From an uncultured Gammaproteobacteria bacterium (GTDB lineage Bacteria > Patescibacteriota > Microgenomatia > Levybacterales > UBA12049), in the NCBI GenBank assembly GCA_964408485.1, contig CAYOZJ010000006.1, positions 1 to 54,104 on the forward strand: a DNA stretch of 54,104 nucleotides. Reading direction: 5' to 3'. The translations under genes were made by a program, and so were the position numbers. The stretch's first letter is position 1; each line of letters starts with the position of its first letter. This document shows, in pieces, positions 37,751 through 46,316 of this stretch. The notes below the pieces were generated by a model. The model saw only the letters and a list, made by a program, of their open reading frames with translations, ran no database searches and was not told the DNA's origin.

Positions 37751-38861
37751 ATTTATTCCTATTTTTATTCTGGGAGTTATTTTAGTGGTTGTGGGTATAA
37801 AACTCTCGTCACTATTTGGTGATTTTATTCCTCGTGCTGCGCATGTTGTTTTTCATCCTGGTGCAATGCTTAAGCAAACAGACAATAAAACCAATGTGCT
37901 TTTGTTAGGTATTGGTGGGGGAAGTCATGACGGCCCAAATCTAACAGATACAATTATCTTTGCCTCTATTGATTGGAAAAAAGATACCGTAACGCTTGTT
38001 TCTATCCCTCGGGATCTTTGGGTGCCAGACTTGAATAGTTATGTTAAAAAAATCAATGAAGCATATGCAAGTGGTGGGTTGAGTTTGGCAGAAAAATCTG
38101 TAACGCAAGTCACTGGGCAGCCAATTCATTATGGTATTCGGCTTGATTTTCAAGGCTTTGTTGATGCCATAGATCAGATTGGTGGAGTTGATGTAACCGT
38201 CATGCGTACTCTTGATGATTATAATTATCCAATAAGCGGTAAAGAAGATGAGGCATGTAATCATACTCCAGAGGAAATACAAACATTTACAGCAACTACA
38301 TCGGCTGAAACAGACAATTTTGATTTTTTTGCATGCCGTTACAAACATCTTCATTTTGATCCAGGAAATCAGCACATGGATGGAGAGACAGCGTTGGAAT
38401 TTGTTAGGTCTCGCCACGCTGTTGGAATAGAAGGGTCAGACTTTGCTCGCTCTAGTAGGCAGCAGCTTGTTATTGAGTCAGTACGAAATAAATTAATTTC
38501 CTCAGCGCTTTTTAATCCGGGGAAAATATTAGGATTGTATGACATTTTGAAAAAAAGTATCGATACCGACATGACAGACACGGATCTAGGACTTTTCTTA
38601 GATAAACTTCCACTTCTCAAAACAGCAAAAGTGATTACTGCAAATGTTGATGTAGGAGATTATACAACAGGGCGCGCAGGACTTTTAGTAAATACCCCGG
38701 TAAGTAGTGAGTTTGATTTTTCAGCAGCGCTTATGCCACGAATGGGCAATGGTAACTTTTCAGAGATACAACAGTATGTAGGTTGTGAAATTGCATCTGG
38801 AAATTGTACCGTAGCAAAAGTTTCTGGAATTCCAACAGCAACCCCAAAAGCTAAAAAGTAG
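37743..38861 (+). CDS. LCP (LytR-CpsA-Psr) family protein
   Basis: LTDTII, SIPRDL, KINEAY, IGGVDV, ALEFVRSRH, SDFARS.RQQ. Confidence 0.93.
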   Translation: MRKFIPIFILGVILVVVGIKLSSLFGDFIPRAAHVVFHPGAMLKQTDNKTNVLLLGIGGGSHDGPNLTDTIIFASIDWKKDTVTLVSIPRDLWVPDLNSYVKKINEAYASGGLSLAEKSVTQVTGQPIHYGIRLDFQGFVDAIDQIGGVDVTVMRTLDDYNYPISGKEDEACNHTPEEIQTFTATTSAETDNFDFFACRYKHLHFDPGNQHMDGETALEFVRSRHAVGIEGSDFARSSRQQLVIESVRNKLISSALFNPGKILGLYDILKKSIDTDMTDTDLGLFLDKLPLLKTAKVITANVDVGDYTTGRAGLLVNTPVSSEFDFSAALMPRMGNGNFSEIQQYVGCEIASGNCTVAKVSGIPTATPKAKK

Positions 38862-38862
38862 A

Positions 38863-41130
38863 TTAATTTATTCTATAAATTTTTACGCTTCCTGATGAGT
38901 AGATAATCTTCCCAAGCAGTTTAAATTTATTTTCATTGATTTCAGGATACTTGCTTCTTTCCAAATCACCAACATAGACATATTGCACATGATACTTCTG
39001 TAAAAGTTTTCTTGTCTGTTCGATAGTTTGTGAATTGTACAGATTTTTTACATCTTCAATTCGTCCCGGGACAATATCATATGTTCCTCGCCAGAGCCAT
39101 TCATGTACCATCCATCCGAATACCGTTGGTATTCCTGTATTAGCAGAAATCCTTTCGTAATCTGTATACGAATCGCCTTGTGCTTCAAGCATGACTGGTT
39201 GATTATGAATAGTGTGATTTATCCATTGGATTGCATTGTAATCATCGTTACTTATGTTTTTTAAGTATAACGTGCCATCAAGCCCTTTGTAGTCCTTTAG
39301 ATTATTAAAATAAGACATAACTGCAAAATAGGGATAAATGCTTACTAGCGTAAGCAAGCATATGGCAAATAGCGTATAGCATATAGAAAGAACTCTTTGA
39401 AAAATATTTTTATGTACTGTTTTGAAGTTACTAAAAATTCGAACAAGGGAATATCCGCTGACTAAGGATAAAAGAATAAATGATTGATAGACTAATTTAA
39501 ACATTGTATTTGCGCGAAAATACGTTGTGTAAATATCTTTCAAATAGAAAAACTCTGGAATAAGTATTAACAGAAATCCAGTAATTCCCAATCCTGCAAC
39601 AAAGAGATCAACAGTATGTATTTTTTTGTAAACCTTTTTATGCCACAAAAGAAATGCGAGATAGGAAATAAACCAGAAAAAGAAAAAACCATAAAGAATG
39701 CTTAATTGCCATAAGGGACTGTATTGGCAATATCCATGTTCAAAAACCAATGGGCCAATATTGCCAATACGAAGGAGAAAGTCAGGTGCGCAATTTAAGC
39801 CAATCTGAGATGCAAATGGTTTAAAGAAAAAGGAAAATGGTAAGCCAATAATTGCGAACGCCGCAATTATGAGTAGTATGTAGTAAGTAGTATGTAGTAA
39901 GTTTTTTTGCTTGATACTTTCTACTTGATACTTACTACTTGTAGATATATTGGTTTTAACGTTTAGATCTTTAAAGATTATGAGAACAATACTTACCCCA
40001 AGGTAGATTAGTCCGTCCCACGCATTTGTCATATACATAATTCCTGCAAGGCTACCAAGTCCTGCAGATGCAAAAAGAATGTTACGAAGTTTTTTAAATT
40101 GTGTTGTTGCAATAATAAGAAGTAACGCAATCATGAGTAAAACCGATGGAATGTCTAAGACGTGACCGTGTAAGTCGGATACAACAAATGAATAAATAGG
40201 GAATTCGTGTATGGTGTGGTAAATAAATCGTGTTGCGTTAGGATACCAATACTGATTGGGAAATGTTGCAGGAGAAAACGTGAGTTGTGTTGGGGGTACC
40301 GGATTTTCATTTTGATACGGGATAAAAAATGTGTATATGGTATGCAGATTGCCGCCAAAGGTTAAAATATATGCTGTTATGAGACCAGCTATAACGGGTC
40401 CTGTCAGGAATTCCCTCCCAATCATGCTCGCAGAACTAGGTCCAGTGGGTCCTAACTGCTGCGCGTGTCTGGGAAGCCCTTCCTTCCTGCCACCCAAATT
40501 TATCTTAAGTAAATAAATGAGATTTCCTCCTAAAGAAAATCCTTGAGTAAATGTAAAAGAAAAAAGTGTTGCAAGCATAAGATTAAATGTTATAGTGCTT
40601 GGTAGAAATGAGAGCTTGGTTACAACAGCAGTCATAATATGACCAAAATAATAATAGTTAATAGAAAGAGGTGTCATCCACATATCTTTTGCTGGAAAAT
40701 AATTTGTTCGAAGAAGCGAATTTAAGAATCCATAGTCCATAAATTTTTCCAAACCATGGATATCAGGTTGAAAACTTTTAATAAAAGCCCAAAAGAGGAT
40801 GCCAACAAAAAAAAGAAGCTCCTCAAATAAAAATACTTTCCATTTGTTTCTGAAAGTATTCAGTGTATTATTTCTGACAGCATATACTATTGAAGCACTA
40901 CCTAACAGAGCGGTAATGATAAGTAAAGAAAGAGTAGAAAAGGGAAGGATGTGAAGTGTTCCTAACACATATGCACTGTAGCTAACAGTAATAAGGCCAA
41001 GAATTTTTGAAAAGATATATCCTTTGTCAAAAAAGACTGAAAAGATTTTTGATGCAACAGGTAGAGCAAGTATCCCTAGGATAAAGAAAATGCTCCACCA
41101 TGGTACAACAACGGAAATGAGTTCAATCAT
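38863..41130 (-). CDS. DUF2298 (Chlor_Arch_YYY) multi-TM GT-C-like protein
   Basis: EKFMDYGF, INYYYFG, IHEFP.YSF...DLHGH, NAWD, RANTMFK..YQ, GW..HEWLWR. Confidence 0.88.
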   Translation of the reverse strand: MIELISVVVPWWSIFFILGILALPVASKIFSVFFDKGYIFSKILGLITVSYSAYVLGTLHILPFSTLSLLIITALLGSASIVYAVRNNTLNTFRNKWKVFLFEELLFFVGILFWAFIKSFQPDIHGLEKFMDYGFLNSLLRTNYFPAKDMWMTPLSINYYYFGHIMTAVVTKLSFLPSTITFNLMLATLFSFTFTQGFSLGGNLIYLLKINLGGRKEGLPRHAQQLGPTGPSSASMIGREFLTGPVIAGLITAYILTFGGNLHTIYTFFIPYQNENPVPPTQLTFSPATFPNQYWYPNATRFIYHTIHEFPIYSFVVSDLHGHVLDIPSVLLMIALLLIIATTQFKKLRNILFASAGLGSLAGIMYMTNAWDGLIYLGVSIVLIIFKDLNVKTNISTSSKYQVESIKQKNLLHTTYYILLIIAAFAIIGLPFSFFFKPFASQIGLNCAPDFLLRIGNIGPLVFEHGYCQYSPLWQLSILYGFFFFWFISYLAFLLWHKKVYKKIHTVDLFVAGLGITGFLLILIPEFFYLKDIYTTYFRANTMFKLVYQSFILLSLVSGYSLVRIFSNFKTVHKNIFQRVLSICYTLFAICLLTLVSIYPYFAVMSYFNNLKDYKGLDGTLYLKNISNDDYNAIQWINHTIHNQPVMLEAQGDSYTDYERISANTGIPTVFGWMVHEWLWRGTYDIVPGRIEDVKNLYNSQTIEQTRKLLQKYHVQYVYVGDLERSKYPEINENKFKLLGKIIYSSGSVKIYRIN
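39872..39941. repeat. in-frame heptamer-repeat palindrome inside DUF2298 gene
   Basis: GTAGTAT GTAGTAA GTAGTAT GTAGTAA ... TACTTTC TACTTGA TACTTAC TAC; same family as 23450-23523. Confidence 0.8.
40396..40495. repeat. GC-rich structured element, copy B, in-frame inside DUF2298 gene
   Basis: 34/43 nt core identity to copy A plus shared GGGTCCTGYCA end; encodes GGRKEGLPRHAQQLGPTGPSSASMIGREFLTGP. Confidence 0.82.
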
Positions 41131-41690
41131 ATGTTATCAATAACAGAAGAAAGACGGGTTATTGCATAAAGATTTTTTTTCAATTTGTCATTGCGTGAAG
41201 CATTAAGCCAGAAAAATAGTACATGAGGATGTCGAGTCGCAAGAAATTGTAAAAGAGGTAAATCATCATCGACAAAACGGTCAATGTGTTGCTTGGTGAT
41301 CATAGTGTCTTTAAAAAGATGAGGCTGTTTATTGGAAAAATTAAAAGATATTTGCGTAAAGAGGTTAGTTAAATGATTCTTTTCCATAATATTTTTTGTT
41401 TGTTTTTCCAAAAATCCATACCGACTGGAAATAAGAAATAGGTGTATGTTGCTTATTTTACTCATTTCTTTAAGCATTGCAATATTTTTTGTTATTCCCC
41501 GTCTCAAAAATGAGACATGAGATAATTGGCGAATATATTGTTCGAATGTACCAGGAATTCTATATGATAGATGTCCATTCACTTTTTCACCGTAGAGTTT
41601 GGTAATAAGCCAAGAGGGAATAAGAGGCGGATGATCAATGAAGATTTTATCTAAATCAAATCCAATATTCATGTCTTTTGATTGTATCAT
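41127..41690 (-). CDS. HAD-superfamily-like protein
   Basis: IGFDLD motif I, ISSR motif II, FK, FVDDD motif IV. Confidence 0.7.
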   Translation of the reverse strand: MIQSKDMNIGFDLDKIFIDHPPLIPSWLITKLYGEKVNGHLSYRIPGTFEQYIRQLSHVSFLRRGITKNIAMLKEMSKISNIHLFLISSRYGFLEKQTKNIMEKNHLTNLFTQISFNFSNKQPHLFKDTMITKQHIDRFVDDDLPLLQFLATRHPHVLFFWLNASRNDKLKKNLYAITRLSSVIDNI

Positions 41691-41696
41691 GACTTT

Positions 41697-43316
41697 CTAT
41701 TCTTGTGCTTTGTTCCTTCCCAGAATAGAAAGAATTGTGTTGGCAGAAAAATGCTGTCTATTTGCAAAAATAATAACTGGTGGATGATCATAGCTCTGAA
41801 ATGTTTCGTCTGCAAAATCATCTGGAAAACCGAATGGGTAATTGGTTGCCTGATATATTTCTTTAAATCCCAAGCCACCTGAAAATAGATCTTTGTAAAA
41901 AAGAGCAGTTTGCGGATATTGTCTTGCATTAACCAGTATTGACGCATACACACGTCGACTGGATAAAATAATATAATCGGCATTTGCAACGGTTATGGCG
42001 ATAGAATTAATTTTCTTTTCTGTCTCAACATCATATACGGGAAGAGTCAAATGAGTAAATTTTTTGGTTGCGCTTGGTATTGTAAGTGGCAAAGCATCAT
42101 CCCAATGCTCTGTTGCAATAAATGATTCATTGAAAAGATTATTTTCTATCCATTGAGACGCGCTGACACGTGTATTTTCAGTAAGATATATTCGAGAGAA
42201 AACTAACCCATTCAAACAAATAATTGCAAGAATAATAGCCATATATCTTATTTGCACTTTGCCCACTATGTACCCAGCCCATACAGAAAGAAACGGTAAA
42301 AGAAATAGGTAATATCTTGCATATTTTGCGTACCATGCTCCTGACCAGGCAAAGTAGCATACAGGAAAAATAAAAAGAAATAAGAGAATGAGCTGTTTTG
42401 TCTTATGACGCAATATATGGTGAATAAGAAAACCCGCACCAATAAGAGAAAGAGGAAAAGATACAAAACCAAAAATAAACGGAAAGACATGAAGCAATTG
42501 ATAGAGATATGCAGGCGTGTTCTCATAAATAATGACAAATGGAGGCTTAAATACACCGTACGTTACTGCCTGCATATATGATTGCTGTGTTAAAAAATCT
42601 TTTGCATCAATAAATTCGTAGGGAGACAGAATGCAATACAAAAATCCACATAGTAAGAGTCCTAAGAGAAAATTAATACCTGTTTTGCGAAGCGTTACCT
42701 TTTCTTTAATAAGAAGTAACAATGCCAATAGGGATGATATGCCAAAAAAAATGCCAGTTATTTTTATACTTCCTGCTATTCCCACACACGCGAGCGATGC
42801 AATAAGCAAGGATGCTCTCTTTTTTTGTACTGCGAGAATGTCGATACAGGTGATAAGCGAAAGCAAGAATAGTAAGCTGCTTTCTGTCGTATTAAAATGT
42901 GCATACTGAATGCTACCAACAGCAAAGGCAAAAATAATACTGCTGAGAAGTCCTATCTTTTTTGAGAAAAGCCTTACTCCTATTGCATAAACTAGGCCGA
43001 TTGTTATTGAGCTGAAAATTCCCGAAATAAGTCTGCTTGTTATCAGGAAGGAAAATGGTGAGACAAGAGAGATAAGCTTGTAGATATACAGGAGTAGCGA
43101 GCCGTAGTAAAACATATGAGGATTAAGGGGAGATAGAGGTGAGAAAAATTGCCATACATTTGTGGGAAGTGATAAATTGGATGCATTAACAAAAAGTCGT
43201 TCATCAGGGTGAAGAAATAATCCGTTATCCCACAACGGATTAAGGAAGCGTAAAAAAGATCCGACAAAAAGAATACATAACAACGGCCAATATTTTTTGA
43301 AAAATTGTATTATCAT
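41697..43316 (-). CDS. GT-C glycosyltransferase (PMT/ArnT, GT39-like)
   Basis: LHPDE, LNPHMFYYGSL, IQYAHF, EHWDD, DETFQSYDHP. Confidence 0.85.
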   Translation of the reverse strand: MIIQFFKKYWPLLCILFVGSFLRFLNPLWDNGLFLHPDERLFVNASNLSLPTNVWQFFSPLSPLNPHMFYYGSLLLYIYKLISLVSPFSFLITSRLISGIFSSITIGLVYAIGVRLFSKKIGLLSSIIFAFAVGSIQYAHFNTTESSLLFLLSLITCIDILAVQKKRASLLIASLACVGIAGSIKITGIFFGISSLLALLLLIKEKVTLRKTGINFLLGLLLCGFLYCILSPYEFIDAKDFLTQQSYMQAVTYGVFKPPFVIIYENTPAYLYQLLHVFPFIFGFVSFPLSLIGAGFLIHHILRHKTKQLILLFLFIFPVCYFAWSGAWYAKYARYYLFLLPFLSVWAGYIVGKVQIRYMAIILAIICLNGLVFSRIYLTENTRVSASQWIENNLFNESFIATEHWDDALPLTIPSATKKFTHLTLPVYDVETEKKINSIAITVANADYIILSSRRVYASILVNARQYPQTALFYKDLFSGGLGFKEIYQATNYPFGFPDDFADETFQSYDHPPVIIFANRQHFSANTILSILGRNKAQE

Positions 43317-44866
43317 TTTTGAAAAATACTCACAAATGGATGATCAAAAACCGTCGCTGTTTCTTCAACACTTCCAGATAGTGGATTTCCCGTATAGATA
43401 CTCATACACCAGAAATTACACGGTGTTTGATAGACGAGATGGTATCCTAATGATCCGTTATGAAGATCTGTATACAGCATATTTCCTTTTGGAAAATCCT
43501 TTGTGTCAGTGAGTCTTGAATGGATGAGTCGTTGACTCGTGGAGAGAAAGACAGTGTGCTTTGCAAGTGCTTGAGAGAGATCTTGTTGGATTAGGGGATC
43601 TTTTTCAATATCATAGATATTAATAATTTTTGCATCAGGAAATGTTGTGTTGAATGGTATAGCACCGAGATCATACGGTTCAACAATTGCTTGTTGTTTG
43701 GAAAGATGGGACAAGGCAAAGGCATTTGCGGCAATGCGACTATCCGTAGCATATGTCATAGTAATAAACGCGATTGATAGTATCAGCGAAATAGTAAAAA
43801 AAAGTGATGTTGTAATAACAGTAATTTTTTTTGGATAGACACCTAACTCTCTCCCTATGAGCAAATAGACAAAGGGTAGGATGGGAATTATATACCTCGT
43901 CCACTTAACAAATAAGAATGCCTGAGAAAAAAACGTAATACAAAGGAAAAGAAGAAGAAATATATCAGTCATTTTTTTCTGTTTGGCAACGAATAAAACA
44001 AAATAAAAAAGAGAAAAAAGAAATAGTACAAAAACAAATGGATTCAAAAGGAATGGTAAGATAAAGCGCAATTGAAAAAAAACAGGAATAGTATGGATAA
44101 ATGATTGTGTATAAAAAACAGGAAAGGTCCCAAGTGCAACAGACGACTCATACGAAAGAGAATTAACAAACGACAGTGTGTCGAAAATCAAGAATGGATT
44201 TGTCAGTACATAAAACACACCAACAATACAAAGATTTACCATCGCAAAAAATAATAGACGTTTTTTCTTTGACTTGAATGTTAGGAGTAGTATAAGAGGA
44301 GGCAATGAAATAAAGACAATACTAGAAACTTTTACGCTAAGGAGTATTCCGATAAGAATACTACAAAGTATAAGGTATTTGAGTGAAGGGTTTTTATAGA
44401 GAAGAAATAACGCGTAGAAGAGCCAAAGCGTAAAAAAGGCTAACCACATTTCAAATGTGCCAAAATGGGCAAATTGAATAAAACCAATACTAACACTCGA
44501 AAGAATGAATGTAATAAGTCCAGTCTTTTTACCAAACATATGACTCCCAATATAAAAAAGTGAGGGAAGGATGAGGAGTGAAAGAGATGCAGAAATAAAG
44601 CGGAGGGTGTAGGCAATTTCAGAAAAAGACGGTTTTCCTAGGCCAACAAGAAAAGAGAGTAGGAATGAAGTATAGATTGGTAGCCCTCCGTACGCAAAAA
44701 AATGCGGATTGAGCTGGGAGAAGGACATATGAGAGATTGCATTAGTAATATTATTTTCGTCCGGGTGAAAGAAAAATGGATATCCCCAGGTTAGATAAGA
44801 GAAGCGAAGAAAAGCACCCAGAAGTAGAATGACTAGAAAAAGAATGTTTTTTTTGGGAAAGTTCAT
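43313..44866 (-). CDS. GT-C glycosyltransferase (PMT/ArnT, GT39-like), paralog
   Basis: FHPDE, LNPHFFAYGGL, IQFAHF, EETATVFDHP; start placed at MNFPKK because the upstream extension is repeat-derived. Confidence 0.85.
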   Translation of the reverse strand: MNFPKKNILFLVILLLGAFLRFSYLTWGYPFFFHPDENNITNAISHMSFSQLNPHFFAYGGLPIYTSFLLSFLVGLGKPSFSEIAYTLRFISASLSLLILPSLFYIGSHMFGKKTGLITFILSSVSIGFIQFAHFGTFEMWLAFFTLWLFYALFLLYKNPSLKYLILCSILIGILLSVKVSSIVFISLPPLILLLTFKSKKKRLLFFAMVNLCIVGVFYVLTNPFLIFDTLSFVNSLSYESSVALGTFPVFYTQSFIHTIPVFFQLRFILPFLLNPFVFVLFLFSLFYFVLFVAKQKKMTDIFLLLFLCITFFSQAFLFVKWTRYIIPILPFVYLLIGRELGVYPKKITVITTSLFFTISLILSIAFITMTYATDSRIAANAFALSHLSKQQAIVEPYDLGAIPFNTTFPDAKIINIYDIEKDPLIQQDLSQALAKHTVFLSTSQRLIHSRLTDTKDFPKGNMLYTDLHNGSLGYHLVYQTPCNFWCMSIYTGNPLSGSVEETATVFDHPFVSIFQK

Positions 44867-44873
44867 AGATATT

Positions 44874-44929
44874 GGTTCATAGTTCATTGTTTCCCTTTCT
44901 ACAAACCATGAACTCTGAACGATGAACAA
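44874..44929. repeat. inverted heptamer-repeat element (GTTCAT/ATGAAC family)
   Basis: GGTTCAT AGTTCAT TGTTT ... AACCATG AACTCTG AACGATG AACAA. Confidence 0.7.
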
Positions 44930-44930
44930 A

Positions 44931-46196
44931 TTATTGCGTGACCAGTTTCGTTATTTTTTCGCCAAGTTCTACCGCATAATTTGTACCCCTATCCCATGGA
45001 TATACCTGTTGCATATTTGCAAGGAAAACATTCGGGAGAGGTGTGGTAAAGGGAGGAATAAGTTTGGAATAATTTGTTTTGATAATCGGTTGGGCAAAAG
45101 GAACTCGAAATATATCAATGCCAATAATTGTTGATTTATAATCGGAATTGAGCTCTCGTAAAAACGGATCAAATTCTTTCATAAGCTCTGATTCTGTCAT
45201 AGAAAAATATGGATGGTCTTTTGCTAAATAGTTTCCTAAATAGACTAGATGTTCGTTGTCATAATGCTTTTTGTCCATAAAATTTGTATGTTCGACAACT
45301 GCAGTAATTGGGGCTGATGGATCGCACACATTTAGCCAATAACTTTTGTCTTTGAGAAACGGTTTTTTAAGTCTCATTACAACAGTCATTGCACCAATGC
45401 CTTCCAATTTATTTAATTTATTTTTATACTCTTCGGGTAATTGTGGCGCAAGTTTTAAAAAGAAAAAAGAAGGAATCGTAACAATAACTTTATTAAAAGT
45501 TTCTTTTTTCCCATCATGGGTGACAACTGTTTTCTTGTCGTCGCTAATATTTGTTATTTCACTGTTGTAGAATATTTCTCCTCCTTGGGCTTTTATTTTT
45601 TTATCCAATGCTTTTGCAAACAGTAAGAATCCTCCTTCAGGGTAGGCCAGGCTTGGTGTGCGTTTCGTAATTCGTGCCCAAAACCATGCAAGAGAAATAA
45701 CATCAGCATAGTCACCAAACTTATTCACAAATAAAGGTTCCCAAATCATTTTATATGCTTTTTCTCCCATAACTTTTGGAAGAAATTCGGTTGCTTTGAC
45801 TTTCTCCATATGTTTCCAGAATGGATTAAATTTTAACAAAGCTAGTGTTTCTGCCATGCGCAGTCTATCCCAAAAAGGAAGCTTGGGGAAGCGAAGAAGA
45901 GTAAGAGGTGAATCGAGTTGGAATGTTTCCTTCTCAATATACACAGATGTTTTAGGGCGTTTAATCAAAACAGGAAAGTTAATTTCTTTGGCAAGTCTTA
46001 AAATATTATAATCATTCGTAAACCAATGATGATAATAGCTCTCCAGTGTCCAGTCCCAATTTTTTTTCTTATATCCTAAGGCAAGACCTCCAGGAAGACT
46101 GTCTTTCTCAAAGACGCGTACCTTATGTCCCTGTTTGGTTAGTTGGTATGCTGCAGATAATCCAGTAAATCCGGCACCAATGATTGCTATCTTCAT
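44931..46196 (-). CDS. FAD-dependent oxidoreductase (HemY/amine oxidase-like, glycosylation-locus associated)
   Basis: IAIIGAGFTGLSAAY.L, FEK...GGLA, YYHHWF, YPWDRGTNYA. Confidence 0.88.
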   Translation of the reverse strand: MKIAIIGAGFTGLSAAYQLTKQGHKVRVFEKDSLPGGLALGYKKKNWDWTLESYYHHWFTNDYNILRLAKEINFPVLIKRPKTSVYIEKETFQLDSPLTLLRFPKLPFWDRLRMAETLALLKFNPFWKHMEKVKATEFLPKVMGEKAYKMIWEPLFVNKFGDYADVISLAWFWARITKRTPSLAYPEGGFLLFAKALDKKIKAQGGEIFYNSEITNISDDKKTVVTHDGKKETFNKVIVTIPSFFFLKLAPQLPEEYKNKLNKLEGIGAMTVVMRLKKPFLKDKSYWLNVCDPSAPITAVVEHTNFMDKKHYDNEHLVYLGNYLAKDHPYFSMTESELMKEFDPFLRELNSDYKSTIIGIDIFRVPFAQPIIKTNYSKLIPPFTTPLPNVFLANMQQVYPWDRGTNYAVELGEKITKLVTQ

Positions 46197-46219
46197 CTAT
46201 CTATACTTCTCCTTAATCT

Positions 46220-46299
46220 TCCTCTCCTTTTAGGAGAGGATTGTGGTGAGGTTTTTCTCAATGTAAACCTCATCCTAACCTTCTCCTTTTAGGAGAAGG
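46220..46299. repeat. dimeric REP/BoxC-like palindrome
   Basis: TCCTCTCCT-ttt-AGGAGAGGA, central GTGAGGTTT/AAACCTCAT, CCTTCTCCT-ttt-AGGAGAAGG. Confidence 0.8.
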
Positions 46300-46316
46300 A
46301 AACAAAACGGTTAAAA

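Noticed and set aside
23450-44929. CRISPR array from the periodic repeats
   Set aside because: Units are 7 nt, degenerate and without unique spacers; no cas genes
28656-44929. N-terminal extensions given by the ORF track (28656, 32832, 36959, 44929)
   Set aside because: The extensions run through repeat elements or promoters; downstream ATGs fit family starts or -10 spacing better
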